From Octopus bimaculoides (Eukaryota), in NCBI RefSeq assembly GCF_001194135.2, contig NC_068982.1, positions 186,247,598 through 186,298,539 of the forward strand: a DNA stretch of 50,942 bases. The letters are read 5' to 3'. Made by a program: the position numbers and the translations under genes. Within the stretch, counting starts at the first letter, position 1. Each line of letters starts with the position of its first letter. The notes beneath the pieces are model-generated. The model was given only the letters and a program-made list of their open reading frames with translations, searched no databases and was not told where the DNA came from. This document shows positions 24,640 through 37,869 of the stretch, piece after piece.

Positions 24640-25723
24640 CTGTAAATAATTAAAAACAATTGGAGGTCATCATCATCATCTAACGTCTGTTTTCCCTGCT
24701 GGCATGGGTTGGACGGTTTGACAGGAGCTTGCAAGGCCAAGAGCAGCAGCAGCAGCAGGCTCAATTGTCTGTTCTGACATGCTTTCTACAGCTGGACACC
24801 AACCACTTTATGGAATATACTGGGTGCTTTTTACATGGTACCAGTACCAGTTCTTTTTACATGGTACCAGTACCAGTGCTTTTTATGTGGCATCAGTGCC
24901 AGTGTTTCATGTGGCACCATCACCAGTGCCTTTTACATGGCACCAGCACTGACAGGGTCACCATAATTAAAAAAACATTAGAGTTAGAATTATCAATATT
25001 TTTAAGTTGATCTCACATCTCATCATTCCATCATCACTGTCTCCTTTCCAGTTACACCCACCTACCCTCATATAATGCAGGGTAGGTCATATATCTCCAC
25101 TACAACAAGGCTGTCCTTCCGTCATATTTTAGCCTCTCAAAACTTAACATAACGCAACCCCTCACTCTACCATGACCCTGCTGGGTCACTGGGTCAAGGG
25201 GTTTGTTTCTTTGCAATTTCACAAGTTTTGAGGTCAAGAAAAAAGAAAAGCATTCAATGATGGAAACCATATCAAAACAAAGGAGTTTGATGCAGTCCTC
25301 CAGCTCATTGGATTCTGCTGAACCATTCCATCCTTGCCAGTATAAAAGACAGATTGTTAAATGATGATGACATTATGCAATTAGTGTTTCTTCAAAGCAT
25401 TTGAACCCTTTTTTTAACCTGAGGCTACCGTGGGTTCTATGTTACAAACTTCTTGCAAGAAAGTAATCTAAATTTAAAAAGGTAAGATTGATACATCGTT
25501 AAAGAAAAACAGAAAGATTAGAATTTAAAAATGCATTTTTTTTTTTCAATGTAAGATTTGGAAAAATACCCTGAAGGCAACCATATCAAAAAATGCAACA
25601 GGACTTTCTTTCCAATATTTTGTTAAGATTATTTCTACAATTACAGAGATGTACTTGCATAGCAAGTGACCCAATCTCAGATCGTGTGCTGGAACGAAAA
25701 CAATTGCAGCATGGAAGGTGTTT

Positions 25724-25891
25724 ATAAGCCATTTAAGAAACACACAAAAACCGTTAGATTCACTTCAATATTTAAATTTAATTTGCCAAAATATTTTCGT
25801 CGCTGTGAGACCGCAACCTGTTCACTGACAAAATTTTGTGCTGCATCTCAGATGAATCTAACAGTTTTTGTGTGTTTCTTAAATGGCTTAT
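25724..25891. mobile_element. 168-bp MITE with 39-bp TIRs
   Basis: ATAAGCCATTTAAGAAACACACAAAAACCGTTAGATTCA (25724-25762) matches its reverse complement at 25853-25891 with 1 mismatch. Confidence 0.8.
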
Positions 25892-26210
25892 GCAGCAATT
25901 GATTTTTACAATTATTCTATAGAAATTACAGCCAGCTCTGATTTTTGCTACGTTTCGCATCAAGACATCAGATGTAAACAAAGAATGAGATCTAAGACAA
26001 AAATGGGTAATGAGTGTATATGCCATATTTCAGGGGATTTTGTCTTCGATCTCATTTTACATCTCGATATGAAACTTAGCAAAAATCTGAGCTGGATATA
26101 ATTTCTATAGAATATCTATAGAAATAATATTAACAAAATAATGTAAATGGCACTGCTAACACAGTAGAACAGGGTGCTGACTTATGAAAACATTTAATAT
26201 ACTTCATAGC

Positions 26211-26718
26211 AAAATCTAATGTGTCTTGAATGACACAACAATGCAGAGGGGACTATAATAACTGTTATAATTTAATTATCCATAGTCTGATATCATATTA
26301 TAGCAGTGACTTGCTCCTGTGCCAGTGGCACATTAAAAGCACAATCCGAATGTGGTCGATGCCAGCCACCCTCACTCTGTGTGGCTCCTGTGCCGGTAGC
26401 ACGTAAAAAAGCACCCACCACACTCCCGGAGTGGTTGGCGTTTGGAAGGGCATCCAGCTGTAGAAACATTGCCAGATTCAGACTGGAGTCTCCTGGTTTG
26501 CCAGACCCCAGCCAAACCATCCAACCCATGCCAGCATGGAAAACAGATGTTTGATGATGATGATGATGATGTTGATGACTCAATCAATTCCTAACGATAC
26601 CTGAAGAAGGAATTTTTATATTCCGAAATATTATTATATCAGATTATGAATAATTAAATTATAACAGTTATTATAGTCCACTCTGCATTGTTGTGCCATT
26701 TAAGATACATTATATTTT
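26211..26718. mobile_element. MITE with about 85-bp inverted arms, interrupted by an RTE-tail repeat (about 26300-26580)
   Basis: 26211-26300 is the approximate reverse complement of 26631-26718. Confidence 0.7.
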
Positions 26719-26870
26719 ACAAATAATACACAATGCTTCAAGCAAACTTCAATACTCTCATATTGTGTTTGCAAAACAGAATGTCACATACCTACAAATG
26801 ATTAATATTTCTTTCCAATCTATTATATATTGATTATATCAGAAAGAAATCACTCAGCAAATAGACATAC

Positions 26871-27098
26871 CTGGAAGTTCTGCTTTTACTTCAAAGTTAT
26901 TGGTATTTACAGCAATAATTGTAGCAATTTCAGGGTTCACTGAGCTGGGCACAACCTGCCAGACCTTCTCACCACCATCAGATTGGGTCGAGTTTAGGAG
27001 TTCCTGAGCAGGGGAGGTAACTGTAATGATTTGTAGCTGACCATTTGTCACAGGAGTAGCAAGTAAACTCTGTAAAGTTGGTGCACCATTTTGATTAC
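26871..27098 (-). CDS. CARF: CaRF coding exon 2, GNQNGAPTLQ...EVKAELP
   Basis: Acceptor tttctttacag|, donor CAG|GTATGT. 228 nt, phase 1 to 1, open frame continuing exon 1. Confidence 0.85.
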
Positions 27099-27444
27099 CT
27101 GTAAAGAAATATTTAACATATATAAGAACATGATAGGTTTTATTTTCACAGCCTCGTAAATACGCCAAACAGAATATAAAACTGCATAATATCAGACTTA
27201 AGTCAAAAACACTGTTTAAAAGTGGAAAAGTGTAAATTTTACATAGTTCATACTCTGTATTCAACATCCGTTTCATTAAGATAAACACTACCAAATGTAT
27301 AATTTCATAATTGTTATACATGGTTAGTCCACATCACTCCATAAGAATCATAGGGCTGGTTTCCTGGTCCTTCTAGCATATATATTCTTCCCTGAATGAA
27401 GCACCAGTCCTTCGTAGGGTTATTAATTTTTATCAGCTGAGTAG

Positions 27445-27740
27445 GTGGAGGCAGATGGCCTAGTGGTTAAAGCAGCGGACTCATGGTCGAGGGATTACAG
27501 GTTTAAATCTCAGACCAGGCAATGTGTATGTTTATGAGCAAAACGCCTAGGAGTTTAGGTAATGGTGAACCTCTGCTGACTCTTCTGCCACAACTTTCTC
27601 TCACTCTTTCCTCCTGCATCTAGCAGCTCACCTGCGACGGACCGGCGTCCCGTCCAGGTGAGGAACTTATACGCCAATGAAACCAGGAAACCAGCCCTTA
27701 TGAGCCAGGCATGGCTCAAGAAGGAACAAACAACAACACC
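27445..27740 (+). mobile_element. tRNA-derived SINE nested in another repeat
   Basis: A-box TGGCCTAGTGG, degenerate B-box GGTTTAAATCT and an (AAC)n tail. Both flanks resume a different repeat. Confidence 0.7.
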
Positions 27741-28305
27741 AGCTGAGTGGACTGGAACAACATAAAATTCCCAGTCCAGGAATTGAAACCACAATTTTAC
27801 AATCTTGAGTCCAGCACCCTAACCACTAAGCCTTCACAATAATTAGTTACATCATCATCATCATTTAACGTCCGCTTTCCATGCTAGCATGGGTTGGACG
27901 ATTTAACTGAGGACTGGTGAAACAGGTGGCTACACCAGACTCCAGTCTGATTTGGCAGTGTTTCTACAGCTGGATGCCCTTCCTAATGCCAACCACTCCG
28001 AGAGTGTAGTGGGTGTTTTTTACGTGCCAGTCCAGCGGTACTGGCAACAGCCATGCTCAAATGGTGTATTTTACATGCCACCTGTACAGGAGTCAGGCCA
28101 CTGTTTTGTTCACATGCCATCGGCACAAGTGCCAGTAAGGCAAAGCTGGAAACGATCGCACTCAAATGGTGCTAATTAAATTAAATTAAAACAAATACAT
28201 GGAAGTCAGTCCCATTAGAAGGTGGTGGTAACTATTGGAATGTAGAATCATAGTAAGGTGTTGGATAAAATGAAATCTGAATGAGTATGAAAAATAACCC
28301 TTTAC

Positions 28306-28516
28306 CTCCACTGTGAGCAATTGTTGTTTCTGCATCTTGGCAGACAGCTTGTCCATTCTTTGGTAAGAGTGCCGCTATTGTCTCGGGTGAAGTGTGGATT
28401 ATTTCTATGGGAGTACCAGAAGTGATCAGTTCTCCTCCTTGGCTAATGTCTTGAACAGTGGCTGTTGTCAAGAGAGACTCAGGAACAGATGACAAGATCT
28501 GCACCCCATCTGACAT
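28306..28516 (-). CDS. CARF: CaRF coding exon 1 (start codon), MSDGVQILSS...TTIAHSG
   Basis: Acceptor ttttacag|, then a 10-nt UTR (GTGACTAATC) containing an in-frame TGA just upstream of ATG at 28516. A is at -3. Donor GAG|GTAAAG, phase 1. 211 coding nt. Confidence 0.85.
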
Positions 28517-31500
28517 GATTAGTCACCTGTAAAAGAAAATAAACAAGAAGATAACTTCAAACATTGGATATTATCAACCTAGGACAGAAGCAAGCATATG
28601 ATGGGAGAAACCGGCTGAATAGAGAGATAGTGAATTAGAATAGGAAGAAATGATACAGTTTGCATCATCATCATTTAACATCCATTTTCCATAGAGGTAT
28701 GGATTGGCTGCCTCCACAGGAACTGGAAGGTCAGGAGGCTGTACCAATCCCTGCTATCTGTTTTGGCAATGTTTCTACAGCTGGATGCCCTTCCTAATGC
28801 CAACCACTTTACAGAGTGTGCTGGGTTGCTTTTTTTATGTGACTCCAGCAGCAATGAGGCCACCAAGTGACTTGCAAGACAAGATCTCTTCAACTGAGGG
28901 ACAGAAAAAAAAAAAGGAGTCTTGCATTAGAGGGGAAATGTGGCTGCCTCAGCTGAGGAGAGAGTGAAGAGAGAGGGGAGAGTGAGAAAGAGAAGATGGT
29001 GGTAGCAGTGTGTGGGCTGGGGACTGGAAAGGCTGAGTGGGAGAATTCATGAGACTGTAAAAGGGATGTGGTGGGTGGAGATGGTATTAGGAGGATATGT
29101 GGTAGGGGAAATGCAGCAGCTGGTGAGCATGGGGGAGGGGAGATGGGTTGTGGATGGGGTTAGGGTTAGGGGACAGATTGTGTGCAGGAGGAGGAGGAGG
29201 CATGGACATAAAGGACACACCTGTATGGTCTTAATTTTTACCTAACTGGGTGGGTTTTCTTATGCTCAACTCTATATGTGTTGGCACTCCATCAGTTGCG
29301 ACGTCGAGGGTTCCAGTTGATCCGATCAACGGAACAGCCTGCTCGTGAAATTAACGTGCAAGTGGCTGAGCACTCCACAGACACGTGTACCCTTAACGTA
29401 GTTCTCGGGGATATTCAGCGTGACACAGTGTGACAAGGCTGACCCTTTGAGCCTGTAATTCAAAGGCTCAACTCTAGCTGTAATAGAAAAGACACAGTAA
29501 TGCCAGGGTGTAGTGCGAAAGACAATAATAACAGAAAGGTTGGTGAGCTGGCAGAAACGTGAGCACGCCAGGCGAGATGCTTAGCGGTATTTCATCTGCC
29601 ATTACATTTTGAGTTCAAATTCCGCCGAGGTCAATAAATTAAGTACCAGTTACACACTGGGGGTCGATGTAACCGACTTCATCCCTTTGTCTGTCCTTGT
29701 TTGTCCCCTCTGTGTGTAGCCCCTTTGTGGGCAGTAAAGAAATAAGAAACGTTAGCACGCCGGTCGAAATGCTTAGCAGTATTTCGTCTATCTTTACGTT
29801 CTGAGTTCAAATTCTGCCGACATCAACTTTGTCTTTCATCCTTTTGGGGGTCGATAAATTAAGTACCAGTTGCATACTGTTGATCCAATCAACTGGACCC
29901 CTCCCCACAAAATTTTGGGCTTTGTGCCTAGAATAGAAAAGAATAATAGCAGAAAGTAGACACTAATAGCAACAACAAATTTGCTCATGAAAAAGAGATT
30001 GTAAGTTGTAGAACTGGTAAAAGGTGAGAGCATGATGGATGTGAATAACGAGTGACCTGGGGAAGAAGTGATGGCTTGCATTCGAGGAGGCAAATATAAT
30101 CCCTTGATATTCAGGCATCCGGAGGGTGGGGTGAGAGTGATGGCTGGTGGTAGGGAGTGTTTAGTATACAGTGGTTGGCATTAGGAAGGGCATCCAGCTG
30201 TAGAAACCTTGCCAGATCAGATTGGAGCCTGGTGCAGCCTCCCAGCTTACCAGTCCTCAGTCAAACTGCCCAACCCATGCCAGCATGGAAAGCAGACGTT
30301 AAACAATGAAGATATAAAATTTTGAAAGTGTTAATTTAAGTCACTTTAACACTTCTTGTGCATACAGGTATGTTCTCTACATCCCTCTCTCACACAAGTG
30401 ATCCTAGTCTCACAAGCTCACACGTGCTGGTGCCACATAAAAACATCCATGTTGGTTCCCCATAAAAGTGCTCATACTAATGTTACATAAAAGCGCTTAT
30501 GTCGATGTCACAGTAAATGGCACCCAGTCCACACTCTGTAAAGTGGTTGGCATTAGGAAGGGCATCCAGCCATAGAAACCATGCCAAAACAGAGAAATGG
30601 AGCCTGTGGCAGCTCTAGTCAAACTGCCCAACCCATGCTAGAATGGAAAACAAACATTAAATGACGATGATGATGATTTCACTTCTGTTTTTAATTACTT
30701 AATTTCTTCCTTTGAGGAAAGAACTAGTTTCTAACAAAGATACAAAGCTCTATTGTTGAATTTCAATTAATTTTTAAAATAACAAAAAATTTAGTGAAAA
30801 ACCTAGTCATTTTATGTTGCTGTTTGGAACATAAATACTCTTACCTCTTTTACTTGTTTCAGTCATCTGACTGCGGCCATGCTGGAGCACCGCCTTTAGT
30901 CAAGCAAATCGACCCCAGGACTTATTCTATCGGTCTCTTTTGCCGAACCGCTAAGTTACGGGGACGTAAGCACACCAGCATCGGTTGTCAAGCGATGGTG
31001 GGGGGACAAACACAGACACACAAACACACATATATATGACAGGCTTCTTTCAGTTTCCGTCTACCAAATCCACTCACAAGGTTTTGGTCGGCCCGAGGCT
31101 ATAGTAGAAGACACTTGCCCAAGGTGCCATGCAGTGGGACTGAACCCGGAACCACGTGGTTCATAAGCAAGCTACTTACCACATAGCCCACTTTAAAACA
31201 GGAAGTTTGTATCATAGAATCAGGGCTGGTTGGTATTAAAAGGGGGTTTTGCCATTTTTGTAGATGGCCCCTCACCAGCTTTATGTCTTATCAATTGTTA
31301 TGGTCCTTTGTCCTCTTCTTCATGAGATACCATCAGATTACTCTCTCAACTCTAATGCTTATTTATTCTTTTATTTGTTTCGGTCATTTGACTGTGGCCA
31401 TGCTAAAGCACTGCCTTTAATCAAGCAAATCGACCCCACGACTTATTCTTTGTAGGCCTAGTACTTATTCTATCGATCTCTTTTGCCGAACCACCAAGTT

Positions 31501-32070
31501 ATAGGGGACGTAAACACACCAGCATCGGTTGTCAAGCGATGTTGGGGGGGGGGGACAAATGCAGACACACAAACATATACATATATATATGACAGGCTTC
31601 TTTCAATTTCCATCTACCAAATCCACTCACAAGGCTTTGGTCAGCCTGAGGCTATAGTAGAAGACACTGCCCAAGGTGTCATGCAGTGGGACTGAACCCA
31701 GAACCATGTGGTTGGTAAACTAGCTACTTACCACACAACTACTCCTGCACCTAAATATGTATATATTTTCTGTTTTTAACTAATTAAATTCTTCTGAGAA
31801 AGGAGCTGTTCTCTAACAAAAATACAAAGCTCCATTGCTGGAATGTCCATAACAAAAATGTCACAGTTTAAACTGGAGAAAAGTCTAAAGTCTTGATATG
31901 TGTGTGTATATATATATATACATACATGCATATATATATATAATATATATAGTACTATTACACCAGTAACTTAATATATATACCTAGTAGGTGTATGAGT
32001 ATGTATATGTCATTATATCTACAGGTATATGTATGTATATATTACCAATGGTTATATATCTACAGAATGA

Positions 32071-32120
<50 letters not shown>

Positions 32121-33908
32121 GCATGCACACACACAGAGACACACGCGAAGTATGTGACTACACAAACACCCATACGTATTATTTACTGACAGAAAAAAAA
32201 GCATTGAGTCATACATTCAGTCTGCCGGTCAATAACACCTGTATTGGGGACAACCTCGCCACACCCAGCCCCGCACATTGTATGCATATATATGTATATA
32301 TATAAATCCTTTATGCTGAAATCAATAACTGGAATTATTGATGATATTGAAAGAACATGAGGAGTATTTCAGAAGACAACCCAATACAACAATCGTTTAT
32401 AATTACGTAGTGAAAACGGGGAGGGGAAGGGGCTCAATTTTAGTATAAAAACAAATGAAGGGGAACCCTAGGTGAGCCTTAATTGAGCAGAACGACGGTC
32501 AAATGTATTCTAATCATTTCGTCATTGCTTTTGCTGGTTTTGTTTTACAGGCACAATGTATCGAGGACTACATTAATCCGATGTTGTTTTACTTTTTTTA
32601 ATACGTTAAGATGTGATTTGAGGGGCACTTGGTTGCTATTTCTAATAGGTCTAACGACTGATTATGTATACAGATTTGACTGCACCAGTATTAACACTAA
32701 GTTGGCCCTAGGATTAAGTGTTCTAGCCGTGACAATCCCGTCTTATATTCAAAAACAGTGTACGTGTGTGTGTAAATATATTATTCAAAGTCCTGTCTTC
32801 TTATGAAACAATAATGTGATTTGCGAGCGATTAGGCTGCTATTTCTACCAATTAGTGCGGCTAAGTAGAGGCTTTCTCAGTAGTTTCGTCTCTTTAAAAA
32901 TATTATTTGCTGTATTTTACATGAATACACCTCAAAGTTTATATATGAGCTTATATGAAGGGCATTGAGCGACACCGTTCCTAGTAAGAATCGAACTGCT
33001 GGGTACCTGATACCTATTTTAATAATGAAAATTAATACAAAACCAGACTGAAAATGGAAGTAAATGTTAACACAAGTCAGAAGTATAGTGTCTAGAGAAA
33101 ATACTGCATTACGGTGGAATTACATTGATGAAGAATTTATAGAATATAGAATGGTCTGGTATTTATAGCAAGGAACTGAGATATCAAAGTAACACAGACG
33201 GAATTTCATTTATATATTCATTATATTTATATATAATGAATCGCAAATTAGTGTATAATAATATCTGTTGTGTCTATGTTTAAGAGCCTGGACTAGGATC
33301 AAAAGCACTCCAGCCATGACCAACCAGTCTTAATTTCAGACGTGTGTGGTAATGTAGTGGTGCCAGATGCGTTATGTATCCTTCCATTTTTAGTGTAAAG
33401 ATGTTTTGGTTGTAATATCGGTGGAGGATTTAGTTGTTATTTCTAGTCGCAGGTACGAGAGACGAGAGAGAGAGAGAGAGAGATCGGTTCCCTGGTTAAG
33501 TCGGGGTTTCATCGATGAGGTAAAAATGGTAAATTAAAGAATGAATATCGAAAGCATCAAGGAATTATTAATTGTGAACATGTCCGTATATACATAGGTG
33601 TTAGTTGAGGTGGGGGGGGTTACATGGAGAGGTTCTGTTAGGTCTGAAGAATTCAAAAATATTTAAAACAGAAAAGCATGAGGGGACCAAATATTTTGGC
33701 TTTGCAGAGTCTGGTGTCTGGGAACAAGAGAAAGTGAGAGAGCAGCAGGAATTATGGTAAAGACGATGAGTTATGCGGTATAACGGTAGTGAAACAGTGA
33801 ATGGCATATTGAGATATATGGCAATTATAATATCCTCAGTAATGATCACAGATGAGTCCCGTAATTTAAGACTTCGTCCCACAAGGAGCAACAGTGATTC
33901 GAACTCAC

Positions 33909-34000
33909 AACCTGAATCTAACAAATAAAAACCAAGCTTTAAAGCGAAAACGAGTCACAAACCTCGAAATCGTCGCAAAACCTCGACTTCAAGATGGCGA
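33909..34000 (-). other. CARF: Probable non-coding first exon of CARF
   Basis: Donor TT|GTGAGT (GT at 33908-33907) lies just downstream of a CpG-rich stretch containing CGCCATCTT. The next exon (acceptor at 28526) carries the ATG. The TSS position is a guess. Confidence 0.5.
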
Positions 34001-34330
34001 TGAAACTGAGGCCAAAATGTGTGTGTGTACGTAGCTGGCTGGGTCTGTGTGCGTAGCTGTGTCTGTATGTGTGTGGAGTTCAGCTGTCTGTGTGTTTGGG
34101 TTTGCGTTTATGTGTATGCGCATGTGCATAAGTCCGTGCGTATGTGTTTAGGTTTCCATATCGTATGTGTGTGTGCGCACGTAGATATATATATATATGC
34201 ATAAACATGCGTGTGTATGTACATAAAGTGTAACTATACGCATGAGTGCGTGTGTGTATGTGCCTCTATGAATGTGTGTTAGTCATGACGCGTTAATCGA
34301 ACTTGGCAGATGGCGCTACTTGTTTTTCTT
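33960..34330. promoter_or_regulatory. Probable CARF promoter with YY1-like and CTCF-like motifs
   Basis: AAGATGGCG at 33991-33999 (YY1 consensus) and GGCAGATGGCGCTA at 34305-34318 (CTCF core-like), with local CpG enrichment in an AT-rich background. Confidence 0.5.
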
Positions 34331-35516
34331 CCACAAAAAAATCCTCTTTTTCTTTAATTATTTTCGTTAAACATTAAAAGTTACAAAAAATTAAACATTT
34401 TTTAATTGTTTCTTTTATGAAAGTATTGTTGGCAAGATCATATTTGATAACCTCTAATGTAAAATTTTACTGAAAATAAAGGAAAAAATAGAGAATTTGT
34501 AATTAGCGATTTTTTTTCCATTTCATTTGAAAATAACAAAATTGAAGACTATATTAACGCAAGTTATATCTATGAACAAGTAATTATTAATGTGTGTATC
34601 GTTAGCTGTTTTATAAATAAAGGAAGATGCTTTTTTTTTTATTTAAAAGTATAAAAAAAAGTCGGGTGTGTATGTCAAGTTAAGTTCGAACCTTTTCAAG
34701 ACATCAACAATATGAGAAGTTCCTGCTAGAACTCTGCCACGGCATTCAAATTATATTGGGTCTGTTGAGACCTTACCGCTCAAATATTGTAACAATCACT
34801 TGAATAAACATAGAGCTTCGACGATAGTGTTAATACCTTAAATTACCTTTTTATGTTTGTATAAGCGGTAAAATAGTCATAGCGCAACACATGGATATCA
34901 ATCCTCTGAGACTAGGGATTTCATCAGTGAAGCATAGCATTCTCTGCGTTTATTTACATGCATTCGCACATTGTACTTTTTCACCGAGCATGTAGGTATT
35001 ATTCATCATCATTTAACGTCTACTTTTCCATGCTTGCGTGGGTCAGGCGGAATTTGTTAAGGCAGATTTTTTTATAGCCATATGCTCTTCCTGTCGCCAA
35101 CCCTCGACTGTTTCCAGCCAAAGTAATATTTCCCAGTGGTCAAACATGTTTTTCATAGAAGACTGAAAACGAATATTAATGCTCAGATGAAAGTGATATT
35201 CGATCACGACAAGCACACACACGCACATACATGGTCGTTTAAGAATCGATAAATCAGAAAAACGATGTATTTGTATGTTTGTCAATCGAGTGAGTCTATT
35301 AATCGAAGTATACAGTGTTATATATCCGTTTCAGCCGATCTTACTTGCACAGTTAAGTAATACCACATGCTCTTCTTGAAGTGTACCTAGTGTGAAATCA
35401 GTTTGATAAGATTAACAGTAATGGATCTACAATACTGTATACTTTGAATTGTACACACACACACACACATAAATGTAGCATACACTCTAGTGAAATTCCT
35501 CTCCTTTTATTATATA

Positions 35517-35607
35517 CTAGCAGAAATACCCGGCGTTGCCCGGGTTAAAGAGAATAATGAAATCTAAAAACGCCGTCTAGACTACGCATCATCTTTATAT
35601 ATAGAGA
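35517..35607 (-). mobile_element. Complete 91-bp non-autonomous Helitron
   Basis: The minus strand reads A|TCTCTATATATAAAG...CCCGGGCAACGCCGGG-N8-CTAG|T, giving a TC 5' end, a subterminal hairpin, a CTAG 3' end and an A|T target. Confidence 0.85.
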
Positions 35608-36419
35608 TGTATATACACACACGCACCCAAACACACGTATATATATGTATATCAATATAAATATATGAAAGTCAATGAAGTTTCGTAAAAGAAGGTGATC
35701 ATGTACATACTTTCTTGCTGTTGTGATTATAACACCTCATTGTAAACTATGTTCCTTGTTTTCCCTTGTAGAGCATATACAAATAGGTTTTTTGTTGCTG
35801 CCCACTCTTGAGCAGCCAACATACAGTTGTCCATGTGAGNNNNNNNNNNNNNNNNNNNNNNNNNNNNNNNNNNNNNNNNNNNNNNNNNNNNNNNNNNNNN
35901 NNNNNNNNNNNNNNNNNNNNNNNNNNNNNNNNNNNNNNNNNNNNNNNNNNNNNNNNNNNNNNNNNNNNNNNNNNNNNNNNNNNNNNNNNNNNNNNNNNNN
36001 NNNNNNNNNNNNNNNNNNNNNNNNNNNNNNNNNNNNNNNNNNNNNNNNNNNNNNNNNNNNNNNNNNNNNNNNNNNNNNNNNNNNNNNNNNNNNNNNNNNN
36101 NNNNNNNNNNNNNNNNNNNNNNNNNNNNNNNNNNNNNNNNNNNNNNNNNNNNNNNNNNNNNNNNNNNNNNNNNNNNNNNNNNNNNNNNNNNNNNNNNNNN
36201 NNNNNNNNNNNNNNNNNNNNNNNNNNNNNNNNNNNNNNNNNNNNNNNNNNNNNNNNNNNNNNNNNNNNNNNNNNNNNNNNNNNNNNNNNNNNNNNNNNNN
36301 NNNNNNNNNNNNNNNNNNNNNNNNNNNNNNNNNNNNNNNNNNNNNNNNNNNNNNNNNNNNNNNNNNNNNNNNNNNNNNNNNNNNNNNNNNNNNNNAAATG
36401 GTGTACATATACATATACA

Positions 36420-36450
<31 letters not shown>

Positions 36451-36479
36451 CTGTGAAAGTATCTGTCACTACAGTATCG

Positions 36480-36771
36480 AAATGTGATTGTTTCAGTTAG
36501 TGGAATAGTTTCATTTTTAAAGTGAAAGTATTTGACATGAGTGTTTTTGTTTCACTTTTGACACGTAATACTTAAATAGTGGAGGAGATATTATGTTGCC
36601 GTGTGCTCGAACTCTGCAAGAAGTTAATAATTTTTTTTTGACTAAAACACAACTGGAACCCTAAGTAAGGCATGTGTAAAATTTGAATGAAATTGGTTGC
36701 GTAGTTCTCGAGTTTTAGGGATTCACACAGACAGACAGACAGACAGACATTCTCATTTTTATATATATAGA
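36480..36771 (-). mobile_element. Helitron-type element 5' part with (TCTG)n
   Basis: The minus strand begins A|TCTATATATATAAAAATGAGAATGTCTGTCTGTCTG. The 3' end is not seen and may lie in the gap. Confidence 0.65.
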
Positions 36772-36789
36772 TACATACATCCGAACGTA

Positions 36790-37390
36790 GCAGATAACAG
36801 CTAACCTTTGGCCACTATTTGGACCCTGTTGTGTTCACCACTCTGATTGGTTGGTTTTGGCACAATCTATTACTCTGACATGCCAATATGCAACCTAACC
36901 AATCAGAGTCTCTAAATAAGATCATGTGAGACAGCTTGTTCACAATCCAATTTGAGCCTACAGTTACCTATAAAAACCCAGCTACTCCTCATCTCAAGGT
37001 CATTGGTTCCAGACCTTCTAAGGTCTAGCCACTGACCACATGACACAGCCAGTTCCAGCGACAACGCCAGACAACACCCGTCCAACAGCATTACAGTGAC
37101 CTCCATCTTCATTGCCACCATCATGTCGTCAATAACCTCTACTTACACAGCACCAGCAACACTGCACAGGTTCTAACATAGCGTTGATCATGAACTAATT
37201 CACCATGGTTAACAACAAACATACAACCCACGCAGATGTATGGAAATATATCAATAAATCTTTTCATAAGCATTCTACGCTGTTGTGTCTCTCTCTCTTT
37301 TCTCCCTGCACACATGTTGCAGTTAATCCTACACATATTGTAAGGACTGTGTGTTGTCCAACATTAACTCTCGTTATCTCGCATCACGCA
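36790..37390 (+). mobile_element. LTR-like segment (CCAAT pair, TATA box, poly(A) signal)
   Basis: Inverted CCAAT pair (36841-36852 and 36897-36908), TATAAAA at 36969-36975 and AATAAA at 37253-37258. Possible TGTTG...CAACA ends (36827/37363), but no TSD was found. Confidence 0.35.
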
Positions 37391-37504
37391 GTCCATTGCA
37401 TATATATATATATATAGTGAGAATTTACAAAAAAACAAAAGATGAAGACGGGTGTGTAAACAAAAAACAGATGTATTAGTTTAATGCCCAGGAAGTGAGA
37501 AACT

Positions 37505-37541
37505 CTTTTGCATTTCCAGCCTACACTCTTCGACAAAAAGG
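37505..37541 (-). ncRNA. Degenerate minimal hammerhead-like motif in another repeat end (about 37425-37615)
   Basis: CCUUU-UUGUCGA-A-GAGU-GUAG-GCUG-GAAA-UGCA-AAAG. The stem I CUUU/AAAG layout is kept, but the core and stem II are mutated. Confidence 0.3.
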
Positions 37542-37869
37542 AACACAGAAATAAACAGGGAGAGAAAATAGAAAAAGGTTTAGTGGCTAGCGATCTATCA
37601 TGACAAATGTCATATATGACAGTCTTCTTCCAGTTTCCATCTACAAAATCTACTCAGAAGGTTTTGGTCAGTCCAGAGCTATAGAAGACACTTACCCAAG
37701 GGGCCACACAGTGAGATTGAACTTGTGACCACATGGCTTAAGAAGCAAGCTTATCAATCACATAACCAAGCCAATACATTTTCTTTTTTGTCCCTAACAA
37801 CCCAATTATCTGCATTCATTAATTAATGTATTTCATGCGTTAATTAACCCCTTGAGTTCAGACATTAGG

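Larger units (their letters stand above)
1280..29940. repeat. Family C: SINE with head GGCGGCGAGCTGGCAGAAACGTTAGCACGCC
   Basis: Body GTCGACTTTGCCTTTCATCCTTTCGGGGTCGATAAATTAAGTACCAG. Approximate copies: 1280-1690+ (internally duplicated), 6010-6220-, 8150-8320+, 13985-14200+, 14370-14560-, 18900-19145+, 29540-29940+ (tandem). Confidence 0.88.

Noticed and set aside
29157-29172. GGGGTTAGGGTTAGGGG telomere-like motif
   Set aside because: Only two units within a G-rich degenerate repeat; likely chance.
33601-33924. 107-aa minus-strand ORF near the CARF 5' end
   Set aside because: It starts just inside the probable first intron, has no recognisable motif, and the CARF ATG at 28516 has an in-frame upstream stop.
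124-34204. YIYI/HTHT/CVCV-rich ORFs
   Set aside because: Translations of (TA)n and (CA)n microsatellites.
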